Notes under the pieces: model-generated
Database searches by the model: none
The model's input: only the letters and a program-made list of their open reading frames with translations
Told to the model about the DNA's origin: nothing
NCBI GenBank assembly: GCA_013239625.1
Contig: MU053520.1
Span: forward strand, 214,934-278,933
Direction: 5' to 3'
Length of the DNA: 64,000 nucleotides
Origin: Lama guanicoe
Taxonomy: Eukaryota
Program-made: the position numbers and the translations under genes
Part shown: positions 24,265 through 37,216 of the stretch, piece by piece
Position numbering within the stretch: position 1 is the stretch's first letter
Layout of the letters: each line of letters opens with the position of its first letter

Positions 24265-24925
24265 ATCAGTTTCTTCAAAAAAACACTAAACATACATTTA
24301 CCATACAATCCAGCAATTTCATTCCTGGGCATTTATCCACCCCCAAAAATAAAGATCTGTGTTCATACAAAAACCTGTATACAAATGTTCATGGCAACTT
24401 TATTTATAATAGCTCAAAACTAGGAACAACCCAGATGTTTTCAGTAGGTGAATTAAAAAAAAAACTTTGCTAAATACATATCACATAAAAATACTCAGCC
24501 AATTCAAAAAAAAAAAAAAGAAACACAAACAACTTTGGGGATTCTTTAGGAAATTATTATGAGTAAAAAAAAGTCAGTTATAAAATTTACATATGGTATG
24601 ATTGCATTTATTCTTCTCCATTCCTGAAATGACAATATTATAAAAATGGAGTACATTCTTGTGGTTGCAAGGAGCTAAGGAGGGGGTGGAAGCAAAAGGA
24701 TAGCGGATGCAGCTATACAAGGGTGAAATAAGGGATCCTTGTGGCGATGGAAATGTTCTGTATCTTGACTGTATCAGTGCCAGTATCCTACTTACGATAT
24801 TGCACCATAGTTTTACAAGATAATAGCATTTGAGAAACTAGGTAAAAGGTGCACACAATTTCTCTAGTATCTCTTAAAATTGCATGTGAATCTATATTTA
24901 TGTCAAAATAAAAAGTTTAATTAAC
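24265..24925 (+). mobile_element. Old L1 (L1MC/MD-type) ORF2 end plus 3'UTR
   Basis: Peptide LNIHLPYNPAISFLGIYP..CIQMFMATLFIIAQN; GGATCCTTGTGGCGATGGAAATGTTCTGTATCTTGACTG; ends AAAATAAAAAG. Confidence 0.85.
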
Positions 24926-25649
24926 AATAATGAAGTAATAAACCATATGATTTCCAAAGCAATATTCTTGAAAATAATTTGACTGTTACAGTTTTGTCAG
25001 TAATAGAGGAAATATTATTTTAAGTTGGTTAACTTAAGATAAGAATGGAATTTTTAGCTTTGAGGTTATTAACAAAAAATGTCCCAACTCATATGTTACT
25101 TAAGTTTCAAATAGTTTCTAAGGTAATCTCCAGAATATACTTTTTTAAATGTGTCAAATTATATAGTATTTATATCTAAGTAGTAGAAAAGATAATCCTT
25201 CTCAATTTGCCTTTACCATCCAGTATGTAAAAATACTTATAACTTTTATTATTAGTTTCTCTTCAGAATGTTAAATATATATCTAGTAAGTTTTTGTATG
25301 GTTGTATAACCATGTTTATAAGATGATAAAAAGAATCCAACTCACCCTGAGGAACTTGTTCTTATTTAGACAAAACATACTCACTTTGATTTGCAAATGA
25401 GATTTGATACAAACTCATTGTAAAGGGAAAAAAAAAGATTGTCAAATGTGTAAATAAAATTTGAATTTATGCTCATTTGGCATACCCAATCATTAACACA
25501 CTATTGTGAACCTAAGAGTTTATTTAGAAAGTCTTGAAACTTTCCAGCTTCTTTATACCCAAGTGAAGATATTTCCAAGAGAAAGCTTCTTTTCTCTATT
25601 AAGATGGTGTAATTAATCTCATTGTATGCATTTCTTTGCATACCTTTAG

Positions 25650-25880
25650 TGATGGCAAGCACTTATGTAGCACTTACTCTACACCAAATGCTCTTCAGAA
25701 ATGTATTATATAATTAAATTATTGTTCAGTCCTGTGAAGGAGGTACTCTTTGTTATTTCCATTTCACACATGTAAAATAAAGAAAAAACTTAAATCTGAA
25801 GTTCACACATATGGTAAATGCCAGAGCTGGAGTCAGAGGGTAGCCTGGATGCAAAAGCATTTTCCTAGCTCTTATGCTAG
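25650..25880 (-). mobile_element. MIR SINE remnant
   Basis: CCTGTGAAGGAGGTACT..TTATTTCCATTTCACA..GTTCACACATATGGTAAATGCCAGAGCTGG. Confidence 0.6.
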
Positions 25881-28402
25881 ATTACCTTTCACATACTTAA
25901 ATACAACATATAATAAACTATGGATGTAGAATACTCAAGCAAAATAGTAGATGTACTTTTAAATTTTCTATACGACTTACATTACCTTATTGCCATTCAG
26001 AGAGATTTCATCAGTTTGTAATTCTGCCAATATGTCATTCTTTCACCTATATGTATGCTATCAAGTATTTTGATAGTTGTCTATAGATTATAATTTTTTG
26101 TTTTTCAATTTTTCTAATTGTGATGCATCTGAGTTTATAAATTTATAATCCACTTGTCTATCTTTTAGTATGAATTGCCTTCTTTATTTTCTATTGTCCT
26201 ATAAATCTCAGTTGTTCGAAAGTGATTAAAAAGTAAACCTCTTATTTGAAGCACCGTCTTTATCAACTTGTACATATTTCTATGTATTTGAATTTATTTT
26301 TTAATCCTTTATCTTGCTACATGGAGGTCATTGTCTATTTTTCTGTCACTCCCAAATAATTTTAATTAACATAGTTTCATGATAACTGTGATATTTGGCC
26401 ACCTAGTCTACCATTTCTCTATTTGTTAAGAGTTTTTCTTATTATACTTGACTGCTTGTTCTTCTTTGGACATTTGACTTTCAGCTCTTGTCATAATTAG
26501 GGTAATTTATGTATGTTTTACTTTTTACTAATAAAACATGATGGTGTCAATGGCAGCTGTTTTCTCCCAGAGTGAAACTGTAACCTTAGACTAGGATTTG
26601 GGGAGAGGAATAAAATTCTTGTCTTTTTTGCTGTACTTTTCCTGGAGTTTGAGCACCCAGGCTAGAGCTTCTCTAACACATACCTGTGCTTCATGGAATG
26701 TGAATGAGCCATGGCTCAAGAACCACATACTCACTGGTCTTATTGAGATTTACTAGATTTTCTTGAATAAAAATTTTTTTTCACTTGTTGTATGGTCTTA
26801 GAACAATTTTCAGAAGCTTAAAATAAGCTATATTTTTAAGCATTTTTTTTTCTGAGAAAGTTTTGTACTATTCCATGTGTGGACTTCTGGTTTAATTTTC
26901 TCATCGACATATGACCCTCTTCACACCCATAAACTCATGCCTTATTTCAGCTTCATTACTTGACACCTGATTTAATTTTTTTCTGGCTTAATGATTTTGA
27001 TATTTTTTTTGAATTCTGCTTAATCATTTGGTGAATAATATTCAACTATGTATTGATTATTTTATTAAGGTGTCTTCAGCTAAGGATGAAGATATGTCCA
27101 GATTACCTCAGATGTTGGGATATTGTTGCTTTGGATCAGAATTTCCATTACTGTCAATGGAATTTTAAGAACAAAATCAATACTGAATTTTTATCAAGAA
27201 AAAAGATAATTATATTCAATTTTATTCTATCAATTGACATACAAGATTTGGAAAGCACAGATAGTATAAAAATGTGAGACTTCTCTATGCCAAAGCTCTG
27301 GGAATAGAGTTTTATTTTTTCATTTGAAGAGGGAAGTTTTAGCTATCTTTCAGAAATTATATTTACAGAAAAATAAAATTTATCCTTGCTTCATGACAGC
27401 AATTTGAATAATGGATATCCTCTCTGTTTTTAAAATTTCAAGTTGGCTTCCCGTACAGTTCTTATTTTATGGCAGTTTGCTTACTTATTTTTATGAAACC
27501 AAGAGTATTTTGGTCTCATTTTTCGTAAGGATATTTTTCAACATAGAGACAATTACTCCACTTATATAGAGGATTGAGCTTACTCATTTGGTAAACTGCA
27601 TCCCTTTCCCACTTCTCCAAATCAGACAAACAAAACAAAACACTCCTTAAGGTAATATATCTAATGACAAAAATCTGTTATCTATTCATAAGGCTAATTA
27701 ATGCATTACCTTTATTGCAAAAAGTTCATGTAAAACAAACTAAGGCATAGCTAATACCTAAGAACATAAGTGTCCATAAGTGATAAAACACCTTTTAAGT
27801 TCAGCTAGTTCACAAGAAATTATTTTAATTCCATTGGTGGCTGCAAATCTACATTATAACAAATTCTTGTGGAAATGATGGTGTTTAGGTTCATGTGAAC
27901 CTACAAACTAGAGTCAGGGTAGGAGGCTGTATTTCTGTGTGTGTTGCAAGGCTTCTCTAGTATAATAGTTTCCAGCTTATCATAGATAACATGATAGCAC
28001 ATAAAAATAAATAGTATAGGGAATTGTATTAATATTTTTGTAAACATTTAAAACAAAAATGAAATAATTACCAAGAAAGGTGAAGCATTAATAATTTAAC
28101 ATTACTTGTGAAGATTCATTGTTTAAATTTCATTGAAAACTGTCTTTATTCTTGAAGTAACCCTAACAACATGGATTTCAGGAGCTACTTGTGGTACAAA
28201 GCAGGTTTTTTTTTTATTGTTATAATAATCCTTATGATATAGCAACATGTGATAAAGAGACATGCTATTTTTTTTATTTTTATCAAGACAGAACCCAATT
28301 CCTAGAAAACTTTGCTAAAATAATGTTCACCTCATCTCCCTGCTTGATTCCCACTCATTTCTGACTCTAGCACAAAAGTTGACTTTAATCCCTGAATGTC
28401 TT

Positions 28403-29625
28403 TGTGATATTGTGATTTGTAAATGTTGACCTAAAACAAATAAACTGCCAGTTTTTTTCTCTAGCAAAAATTGGTTTACTCAGGATCAGGCAATAATTGC
28501 AATTTGAGGTCTGCAACCCATGGTGAGCCATGTGCAAGTCCTACCCAAGAAGGAGAGGAGAACTCTTCTTTTTTTAGAGGGGAAAGGGAGTTGGGAGGGC
28601 TATAGTAAACAAAGAATCCATTGAAGGAATTGAGAGTCCTAAGTATAGTGGCTTTTTGTTGGATAAGTTCTTGCAAGGCAGGAAGAAGAATTATTTTCTT
28701 TTTCCTGTTGGGCTCTCGTATCATTAAGGGCATTAGAGTTTTTTGTCCCCCCTTTCCCTATTTTAATTGAGGTTTCTGTTTAATTTTTACATAAGATATA
28801 TGTATTTATTCATTCAAATGACCAAAACATATTTCTCATTTATATTTTTTCTTGACCCAAGTTTCCTGGCTCATAGCTTCCAAAACCTTTGGAATTTCAT
28901 TAAGTGATGAGAGCAACAAATGTCTTCTGGTATGTTAATGATGGGAAGTTTAGACCACACCTAGGAATGAAGGCTGGTTTCCAGGGATAGCCAATCATGT
29001 GATTAGAGTTTTGCAACTTTCAGTCTAACTCCCTTTCCTCCAGGGAGGGGAGAGAAGTGGCAGGTTGAATCAACTGCCACTTGCCAATGACTTAAATAGT
29101 CATGAGTATGTAATAAGGCCTCCATAAAACCCCTAGAAGATGGGTTTTGGAGTGTTTCTTGGTTGGTAAACAGGAGGTATTGGGAGAGTGGTTTACATAG
29201 AGAGGGCATGGAAGCTCCAAGCCCTTTTCCCATATGCATCTTTCCCCATAACAGGCTGTTCCTGCTATATTCTTTTAAATAAACAGATAATTTAGTAAGT
29301 AAAATGTTTCTCTGTGTTCTGTTAGCTGCTCTAGAAAATTAATAGTACCTGAAGAGGGGGTCATCAGATCCTTCAGTCTGTAACTGTTCAGCAGCACAGA
29401 TAACAACTTGGGTCCAACTGATGTCTGAAGTAACAGGAGGGGCAGTCTTCTAGGGACTGAAAATTTTCCCTCTGGGATATGATGCTACCTCTGTGTAGAC
29501 AGTGCTAGAATTGAACTGAATTGTAGGACATCCAGCTGGTTTTCTGGAGCATTGCTGGTTGCTGGTGTGGGAGAATTTCCCACCTCCACTTCACACACAT
29601 TGGAATTGGAGTCAGGAGAATGAAT
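28403..29625. mobile_element. MER21-like LTR, interrupted near its terminus
   Basis: TGTGATATTGTGATTT terminus; TTCCTGGCTCATAGCTTCCAAAACCTTTGGAATTTC; GACAGTGCTAGAATTGAACTGAATTGTAGGACATCCAGCTGG. Confidence 0.8.
28424..28791 (-). mobile_element. ERV1-type solo LTR nested in MER21
   Basis: TGTTGAC...TTTTACA termini; near-TSD TAAA (28420-28423) / TAAG (28792-28795); minus-strand CCAAT-like motifs. Confidence 0.75.
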
Positions 29626-30129
29626 ACTTTTAGTCTTCTTCTCATTACAACGAATCAGTTTAACTGTGGGTTCTGGACTTGGTATTGTTCTAAGTCACAT
29701 GCATATTTTTGTAAATATTCAAAAGGAACAGAGAATATTATTTTATAAAACGTTTTATTTGAACCAAGGAAAGAAACTATGGGGTACCTTTATATTCTTC
29801 ACCTAAGGGCTTGTATTTTTAAGTGCCATTTTGATGGGTTAAACAGTTCCAGGGAAAACTGTTAAACACAGTATTAGGTATACTGAAAGCAAAAGAGCTT
29901 GCCTGTGTAAAATGTGTTACTGTGATTCTTGCTAAAGATTATCCATGGTTTATACAATATTAGATTTCTTTTCTTTTTATTTGCAATTAGAAAGATAATA
30001 TTCACTTAAGTGAGATTCTAGAGAACTATATGTCACTAATTTTGTTTGGGCCTCAGTTTCCTCAACATTAAGTGAAGAAACTGAATATTTTGAATCTTTT
30101 TTTTGTGGAGTGCTTTTATGATGAGCATA

Positions 30130-30370
30130 ATGTATTAATTATATATTGCTGTGAAACAAATTACCCCCAACTAAATTGCTTAAGACAATATCTATTTATT
30201 TTCTCAGAGACTTTTTGTGGGCTAGGTATTTGGAAGCAGCCTGGCTGAGCAGTTCTGGCTTGATGTATCTCATGAGGTTACTTTACAGTCAAGATGTTGA
30301 CCAGAGTATCAGTTGTTCAAAAGTTTAACTGAGACTGGAATATCCTCTTTAACTCAGTTGGTTAACTCAA
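30130..30370. mobile_element. MLT1 fragment
   Basis: TGTATTAATTATATATTGCTGTGAAACAAATTACCCCCAAC..CTCATGAGGTT..CAGTCAAGATGTTG. Confidence 0.7.
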
Positions 30371-32677
30371 GCCCCGCTTCAAATGAGACCACATTTTTGT
30401 TGTTTTTGTTCCCTTGGGACTAGCTGAATTTACTCTGTTATATGGTACCAAATAATCATCTAACCACAGTCAGGTGAATCAACAAAAAGCAAATGGGTCA
30501 ATAATATCAATACATTGACTAAAAATAGCATTTTGTCCGCTGTGGAAAAAAACTATTTTTCTCTACTTGCTATAACCATTAGAACCACCGCAAATGTCAA
30601 CACACAACCAAGAGTAGGTGATCTCACCGCAAAACTTTTATTTTTTAAAGTTTTAACCCAGTCTATAGCTAATGAATATGCTATGACTCCACCTATACCA
30701 AAAAGCTAGGTTTCTAATGGGCATTTAAATAGCTGATGATCATTAGAATCCAGGACTGAGAATAATGAAACAATGATATATATTTTAGTTTTTTACACAA
30801 CTTGTTCACAAACCAAACATTTCTGAAATGTTTAGGATTAAGAGTACTATTTTTGGAGAGCATTTTTGAACTTGTGTGGAAATATATTTTCTTTATGCAG
30901 TTTTCTCTGAGAAGGGGCCACTTTACTGGTGTTCAGACTTCTCTAGAGTAATATGAAGGTTTTTTTGTTTTGTTTTGTTTTTTTAATGCTAATATTACAC
31001 TCCTAAGTTTAGTAAAAACATAGTCAACATAATGGGAAATATTTAAGAACAATTATTTTTATTTCTAAACTTGGGGTTTAAACTGTACTTTAGATGGAGT
31101 TTAAAGCTATTTTTAAATTCTGTAACACAAACTTTTATGAAAATGTGTTGCAATTAAAGTAACTCTTAGAAAAATATATGAAATTAAAGAAGTGAGGGAG
31201 CTTTTATTTTAAAGTATAAATTATTCTATACCTTGTGGAAAAATCTCTGTAAAGAACTTTCAAATAAACTCAAATGTGAGGATTTAATAACATTTTTACT
31301 TTCATTGTAGTGTTAAAATTTTAAATAGTATTTTTATGACTAAGAAAAATTGCTGCTGCTGATGGAAGTGAAGGATACATTTCTTTGTTTATATAGATCT
31401 TGCTTTTACCTTGGCTGCATGCAGAGGAAAACAAATTCAATTGTTATTAAAATTTATTCAAGACTCAACTTCCTCACCAGCTTTCTGTTAGTGTTCATAC
31501 TGAGATTCATCCTTACCAATCTCCATTAATTTCACTATCAAAATAATAATTTACCTATAGAACAATTCATTTATTTATAAATTATACAGTCTGTGTTAAG
31601 TATCAAAATTTAATAAAAATCTATATTACAAGAGAATATGTATTATTTCATAAAACTATTGAAAGAGCAGAGGTAGAGCAGACTTTTGTTTGTTTTATAC
31701 CAGCAGCTCAGTGCTGCACTGATGTTTTGTGTTATTTTTTTTTCTCTCCACTTGTCTGCCCTGGAATTAGTGATATCTTCAACTCTTCCCATGGTAACAA
31801 GATGTTTGCTTGAGATTCAGTGACTGTTTCTCATCGAAGTTCAAAAAGATAGTGCCTTTCCTCTCAAACATCAAATAGAAGTGCTAATTTGCACTCTGAT
31901 TTGATTGAATCAATTTAAATCATTTGGTTCTTTCTGCAAATATATCACTATTGCCTCTGGAACGCTGTGCACAAATTGGACTATTGGCTTCAGCTTGGTC
32001 TGTTTATCCATCTCTCAACTGTAGCCAGGGCATTAAAACTACCCTTCTCATTTTGTGCCAAGCAAAGTATTTTTCTGGATTTGAGGGTAGAATAAATCCC
32101 CCCCACCGCCACACACACACAAATCTCATGGCTCATACATAATAAAAGAAGGGGGGATTCATTCATAAACTTAAAGTGAGACTACTTGGTCTAATTTGTA
32201 ATAGTAATTCAACCTTTCAATTCTGAATAAACTAAATTTGCTCAAAGGGCATGCTTCTCATTATATATTGCTGAATTTGATTTTATAATTTGGATTTTTG
32301 CATTTATGTTCATAAGTGAGATTAAACTTTAATTCATGAACTCCTGGTCAAATATATTCTTTGGGAGACTTTTTTTTTCTATAACTGGTATAGTGTCTTC
32401 TTTGAGTGTTCTTTAGAGGCCACTTGTAATCCATATGCATGGAATTTTCTTTAAGGGAAGATATTTTCACTTCCTTTGATTGATTTTGTTTACTAAAGGA
32501 TTATTCAAGATGTTTATTCCATTTTAAATCAATTTTGGTAAATTACATTTTTTCTAAGAACCCATTTTGTCTACATTTTCATGTAAATGTATTCATGTAA
32601 ACTATTATTTTTAACATTTGTATCATTTGTTCTGATGGTCCCTTTCTCATTTCTAACATTGTTTATTTGTTCCATCT

Positions 32678-33250
32678 TGTTACTAAACTCAAGTCCAGCT
32701 ATTCACTGCTCAAAAATCAATACTTGAGAGAGGCAGATATTGGTAGAAAGAAAAGTTGCTTTTAGAGGGAGTCCCTGCAATCTGGGGAGAAGGTGGACTC
32801 GGTGTCCACAAGAAAACAACTCTAAAGATTCTGCTTGATCATGAAAACTTTAAAGAGAAAAAAATGAAGTAATCTCAGTTCATCACTGAGATAGGAAGTC
32901 AGAGTTGTCGCCATCCCCAACTGTGTGCAGGCTCGTCCTACAGGTTTGTCACCTTATGGTTTTTCTTTGGATGCTGCCTTGTTCACACAATTTGTTCATG
33001 AGATTACTGAAGGCAAATTGAGAGAAGAGATCTGGTCATTCATTATTATCCTTCATTTCTACTTCTTTGATCTACAGAGAGAACCAACAGACTAAGCAGG
33101 GTATTATATGAACAAAAGATTTGAAAGGTATGCTGTTGACTGGAGCATGGGGGTACCTGGTTTAAAGTTAGTTACAATATAGCTTTGCTAAGGTAACAAG
33201 AAAACATGTTTCCTACTGAGGGCACTTTCCTGCAAAGATCTTACTTATAA
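32678..33250 (-). mobile_element. ERV1-type solo LTR related to LTR B, inside an old L1ME-like fragment (~32230-33370)
   Basis: TGTTACTAAACTCAAGTCCAGCTATTCAC..CTGGGGAGAAGGTGGACTC. Confidence 0.8.
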
Positions 33251-33374
33251 GCCCTCTTGTTTATCTTTTCACAGAACAAAATTTGTAGATCATCATTATT
33301 TTGCATTTGTTAGTTTTTTAATTGATTTCAATTCTATTCTTTATCATTCTCTTTCTTCTAATTTTTAAAATTCA

Positions 33375-33860
33375 TTTTCTATCATTGCTGAAATAAATTG
33401 CTACAAATGTATTTTAAAACAACACAAATATTATTTTACAGTTCTGGAAATCAGAAGCCTTACACAGGTCCCACTAAACCAAAAGAAAGGTGTCCACAGT
33501 GCTTCAGTGGTTTCTGAAGGCTCTAAGGGAAAAAGCTTGTTCCCTTCCCAGCATCTGGAAATTATTCATATTCTTTAAATTATGGCATGTTCCCTTCATT
33601 TTCAAAGTAAACAATGTTAGGTCAAATCTTCAAATCTACATATATTACCCTGACCTTTCTGCCTCCCTCTTCCACTTTTAAGGACATTTGTAAATACTTT
33701 TGGTGTATTCAGATAATACAGGATAATTCATTTTAAAATCAGCTTAGCCCTTAATTCCATCCAAAATCTTAATTTCTTATAGCTATACAATCTAACATAT
33801 TCACAGGTTCTGGTGATTAAGATATAGATGTTTTTGGAAAGCCATTATTCTGCTAGTCAC
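33375..33860. mobile_element. MaLR MLT1 LTR
   Basis: AAAACAACACAAAT..ACAGTTCTGGAAATCAGAAG..CTGCCTCCCTCTTCCACTTTTAAGGAC..ATATTCACAGGTTCTGG..GCCATTATTCTGC. Confidence 0.8.
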
Positions 33861-35919
33861 TTACTATTTTAGTTTTCTTTTTTATCTTCTTGAAATAAAA
33901 ATTTAACTTTCTAACTTTCAGCCTTCCATACAATTTAATCTATGCCTTTAAAGTTATAATTTTCTTTCAGTACTGTATGAACTGCATTCTTTAACTTTTA
34001 GTATATTGATTATGCATTACTATTCAGACTAAATATTTTCCCTCTCTTTTTTTGTTTTTACAAGTTTTTAAAGAATAAAACACTTTTAATGTACTTGACA
34101 GGAACTGATACTTCATTTACTAAGGTTAAAAACATTTTGACAATTTAAAGAGCAATTGAGAAGAGACCCACATTCATCATGGGCTCATGTTTCTAACTAA
34201 AATCAGGAGGAAAAATAGAAAAGGCATTGAGAATATGGATTACATTGAGATATGTCTTAATCTGTATATATGAGAAACTTTGTTAATTATATTCTTTTAA
34301 TTGGCATTATTGCATGGAGGTCAAAGAATATATCATAAAAATTTGATTGTTTTAAAGTGTTCCATGGAGGGTAGAGCCAAGATGGCAGAGTAGAGAGAGT
34401 TACAGCTCACCCTCTCCCACAAACACACCGAATTTCACAGAACACCTACTGAACTTCAGCAGAGTATCTCTCATTTTGAAATACAGGAGGATTCTCACAA
34501 AATCCAGTAAGATAAAAAAAGGAAAAAGAAAAAATCGGTACAGGACCTGTCCTGTGGGGAGGGATTGGCATAGAAAAAAAGTCACCCTCAGGCTGGGATG
34601 TCCCCTCTCCAGCTGTGAGGTCAGCAGGAACAGAAGCAGAGCTTCTGAGGCTCAGAGAGAAAGTGACAACCTTTGACAGACAGAAACTAAGGGAAACATC
34701 GATGGAGGGTCCCTGCAAACCCTGTCCCTAGACTCAAGCAACCAGGGATGAACTGAGACTGGCTGCTGAAGATCAGTGAGGAGCCCAGGTAGAAGGTTTG
34801 GGGCCACTGCACAGAGGTAGCCTCAGGGGACTGGAAGGCAGTGTGAGCTCTGGCTTGGGGTGTGTATGGATCAGAACAGCATAGGACCCCCATAAAAAAG
34901 CACCATGATTGGTGTGTGTGATGGGGGACACAATGCAACCATGCTATAACCACTTTCTCTGCTTGGCTCCATTGTTGGTGTGTCCTCATGAAAGGTGGAG
35001 TTTGGCCATGGCCATCACTGCTGCATGGAGGCATCCTCCTTCTCCTCCTCTATACCCAGCAGCCCTTCAACTATACAGGCAGGACTGAAATTTGTTTACA
35101 GCCCCAGGCAGAGAGGGCTGATTTGCTCTCTGGACCCTTTGTGGACCCACACATCTGGGTTGAACAGGCAGTGAACAGAGTTCTGACTCACAGCAGGAGA
35201 GTATGGGTATTTACAACAGGCTGGTGCACCTTACCATATGCAGAAGTGGGGTTGGGGTCTGAAATGACCCTGTGGTGCACCACAGATTCAGGTGTGTGAC
35301 TTCATGCTTGCTATGGAAAGTCCTAGAATATTGGCTGATCTGCACTGGTGGTTCCCAGGGCTCAAAACCTGGGAGACACCAGAGCAGGTGTCCAACATTC
35401 CCACAGCTAAGGCAGAGACAAAGGCAGCCTCAACAAAGAGGACTTTGTAAGCCTGCATAACAAGTGATAGACAACACTAAAAAGGGCACTTCCCAGTGGA
35501 CATCTCCTGCCTTCTCTTCTTCACAGATAAAGCACTTCAACCCTGCTTACTACACACCACATCTTAGAAATGGATCTAGAACCTCTATTCCAGCAACAGG
35601 GTAGCAAACCAGGCTTCTGTCAAGGCTATGACAACTACAGAACAAAAAAGGAGGCCCAGCTCAACAACAGCCAGGGCAGACTCTGAAAACCCCAACACTA
35701 ACCACACCCCCAATCAAAGGGATAACAGCCAGCGCTCATGGAAGAAAGATGTGTCAAACATCCATACTAAGAACAGCCATTACAACAAAAATATTAGATT
35801 CACACAGTCTACACAAGAAAGCTCTTACTTTAATAAAAACAAACAAATAAAAAATAAAACAGCTCACAGTAGATTACCGATATTCTTAAATCCATAGGGA
35901 CAGAGAAATATAAGAAAAA

Positions 35920-36781
35920 GGAAGAATCAGAGTAACTACTCCTAATTAAAAAATCCCCTGAAAGAATGATCAATGAAATAGACCTAGATAGTTAACAGGT
36001 CATAACTTTAGAAAAGGAATGATCAAAGACTAAAGGAGACTGAATAGAGACAGAAAATACTTAAAAAAGAAATTAAAACTATAAAGAAGGGCCAATTAAA
36101 AACAGAAAACTCAATTGCCGAGATAAGAATGGAGCCAAAGGCAGTCAAAAGGAGACTAGATACTGCAGAGGAATGAATAAGAGACTTAGAAGAAAGGATA
36201 ACAGAAGTCACCTAATCAGAATAGTAGACAGAAAAGCAAGTAAAAACAAATGAAAGCAATATAAGGGACCTATGGGGTAATATAAAGCATGGCAGCCTAT
36301 GCATCCTAGGGATCCCAGAAAGAGAAGAAAAGAGAAAAGGGGGTTGAAAAGGTATTTGAAGAAATCATGGATGAAAACTTTCCAAACCTAAAGAAGGAAA
36401 CAGATATCCAAATACAGGAGACACAGAGGGTCCCAAACAAGAAGAATCCAAATATACTTACACCAAGACATAGTATAATTAAGATGGCCAAAGTTAAAGA
36501 TGAAGAAATGATTCTAAAGGTAGCAAGTGAAAAACAAAGAGTTAGTTATGAGGGAAAACCTTTTAGATGACTTCTCTACACAAATACTGCTGGCCAGAAA
36601 GGAGTGGCAAAATATATTCAAAGTCCTGAATAAGGAAAGACTGCAACCTAGGATACTTTATCCAGCAAGACTATCTTTCAGAGTAGAAGATGAGATAAAT
36701 AATTTCACAGACAAGCAAAAACTAAAAGAATTCAGCAATACTAAACTTATGCTAAAAGAAATATTGAAAGGTCTACTCTAA
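35920..36781 (+). pseudogene. L1 ORF1p remnant (frameshifted)
   Basis: ENFPNLKKETDIQIQETQRVP..TPRHSIIKM; EWQNIFKVL..LQPRILYPARLSF..KLKEF. Start position is approximate. Confidence 0.92.
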
Positions 36782-37216
36782 TTAGAAAAGAAACAGGAAG
36801 CTAAAAAATGAGAGAATAATTGGAAATATGATAACTATACTGAATTGCAAAAGAATAAACATAAAGATGTTAAAAAAAGTAAAAATAAAGAATATCAAAA
36901 TCCTAGAACGTAGAAGAGTGAAGCAAGAAAATATGTATATTTTTCTCTCTTCTTTTTTTTTCTTTTTCTTCATTCTTTTTAGGATGTGTTTGAGCCTACA
37001 TGACTATCAGTCTAAAGCAAAGAGACATAATATGGGGTTAACATACTTTAAAAACAGGGTAACCACAAATCTAAAGCATACAATAGACACACACACACAT
37101 ACACACATGCACAAATAGAAAACAAGATAATACAAAAGAAAATTATCAAACCACAAAAATTAAAACAAAAAGGAAAAAAGAAGAAATACCAAATCAACTG
37201 GAAAACAAAGTTCAAA

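Noticed and set aside
34045..34320. Possible processed-pseudogene 3'UTR fragment after a T-tract
   Set aside because: No TSD, ORF or recognisable parent gene; cannot be supported without a database search.
34400..35460. ORF0-like or novel ORFs in the L1 5'UTR
   Set aside because: Short overlapping ORFs are expected in the more GC-rich 5'UTR; no resemblance to primate ORF0 that I can see, and the element is decayed.
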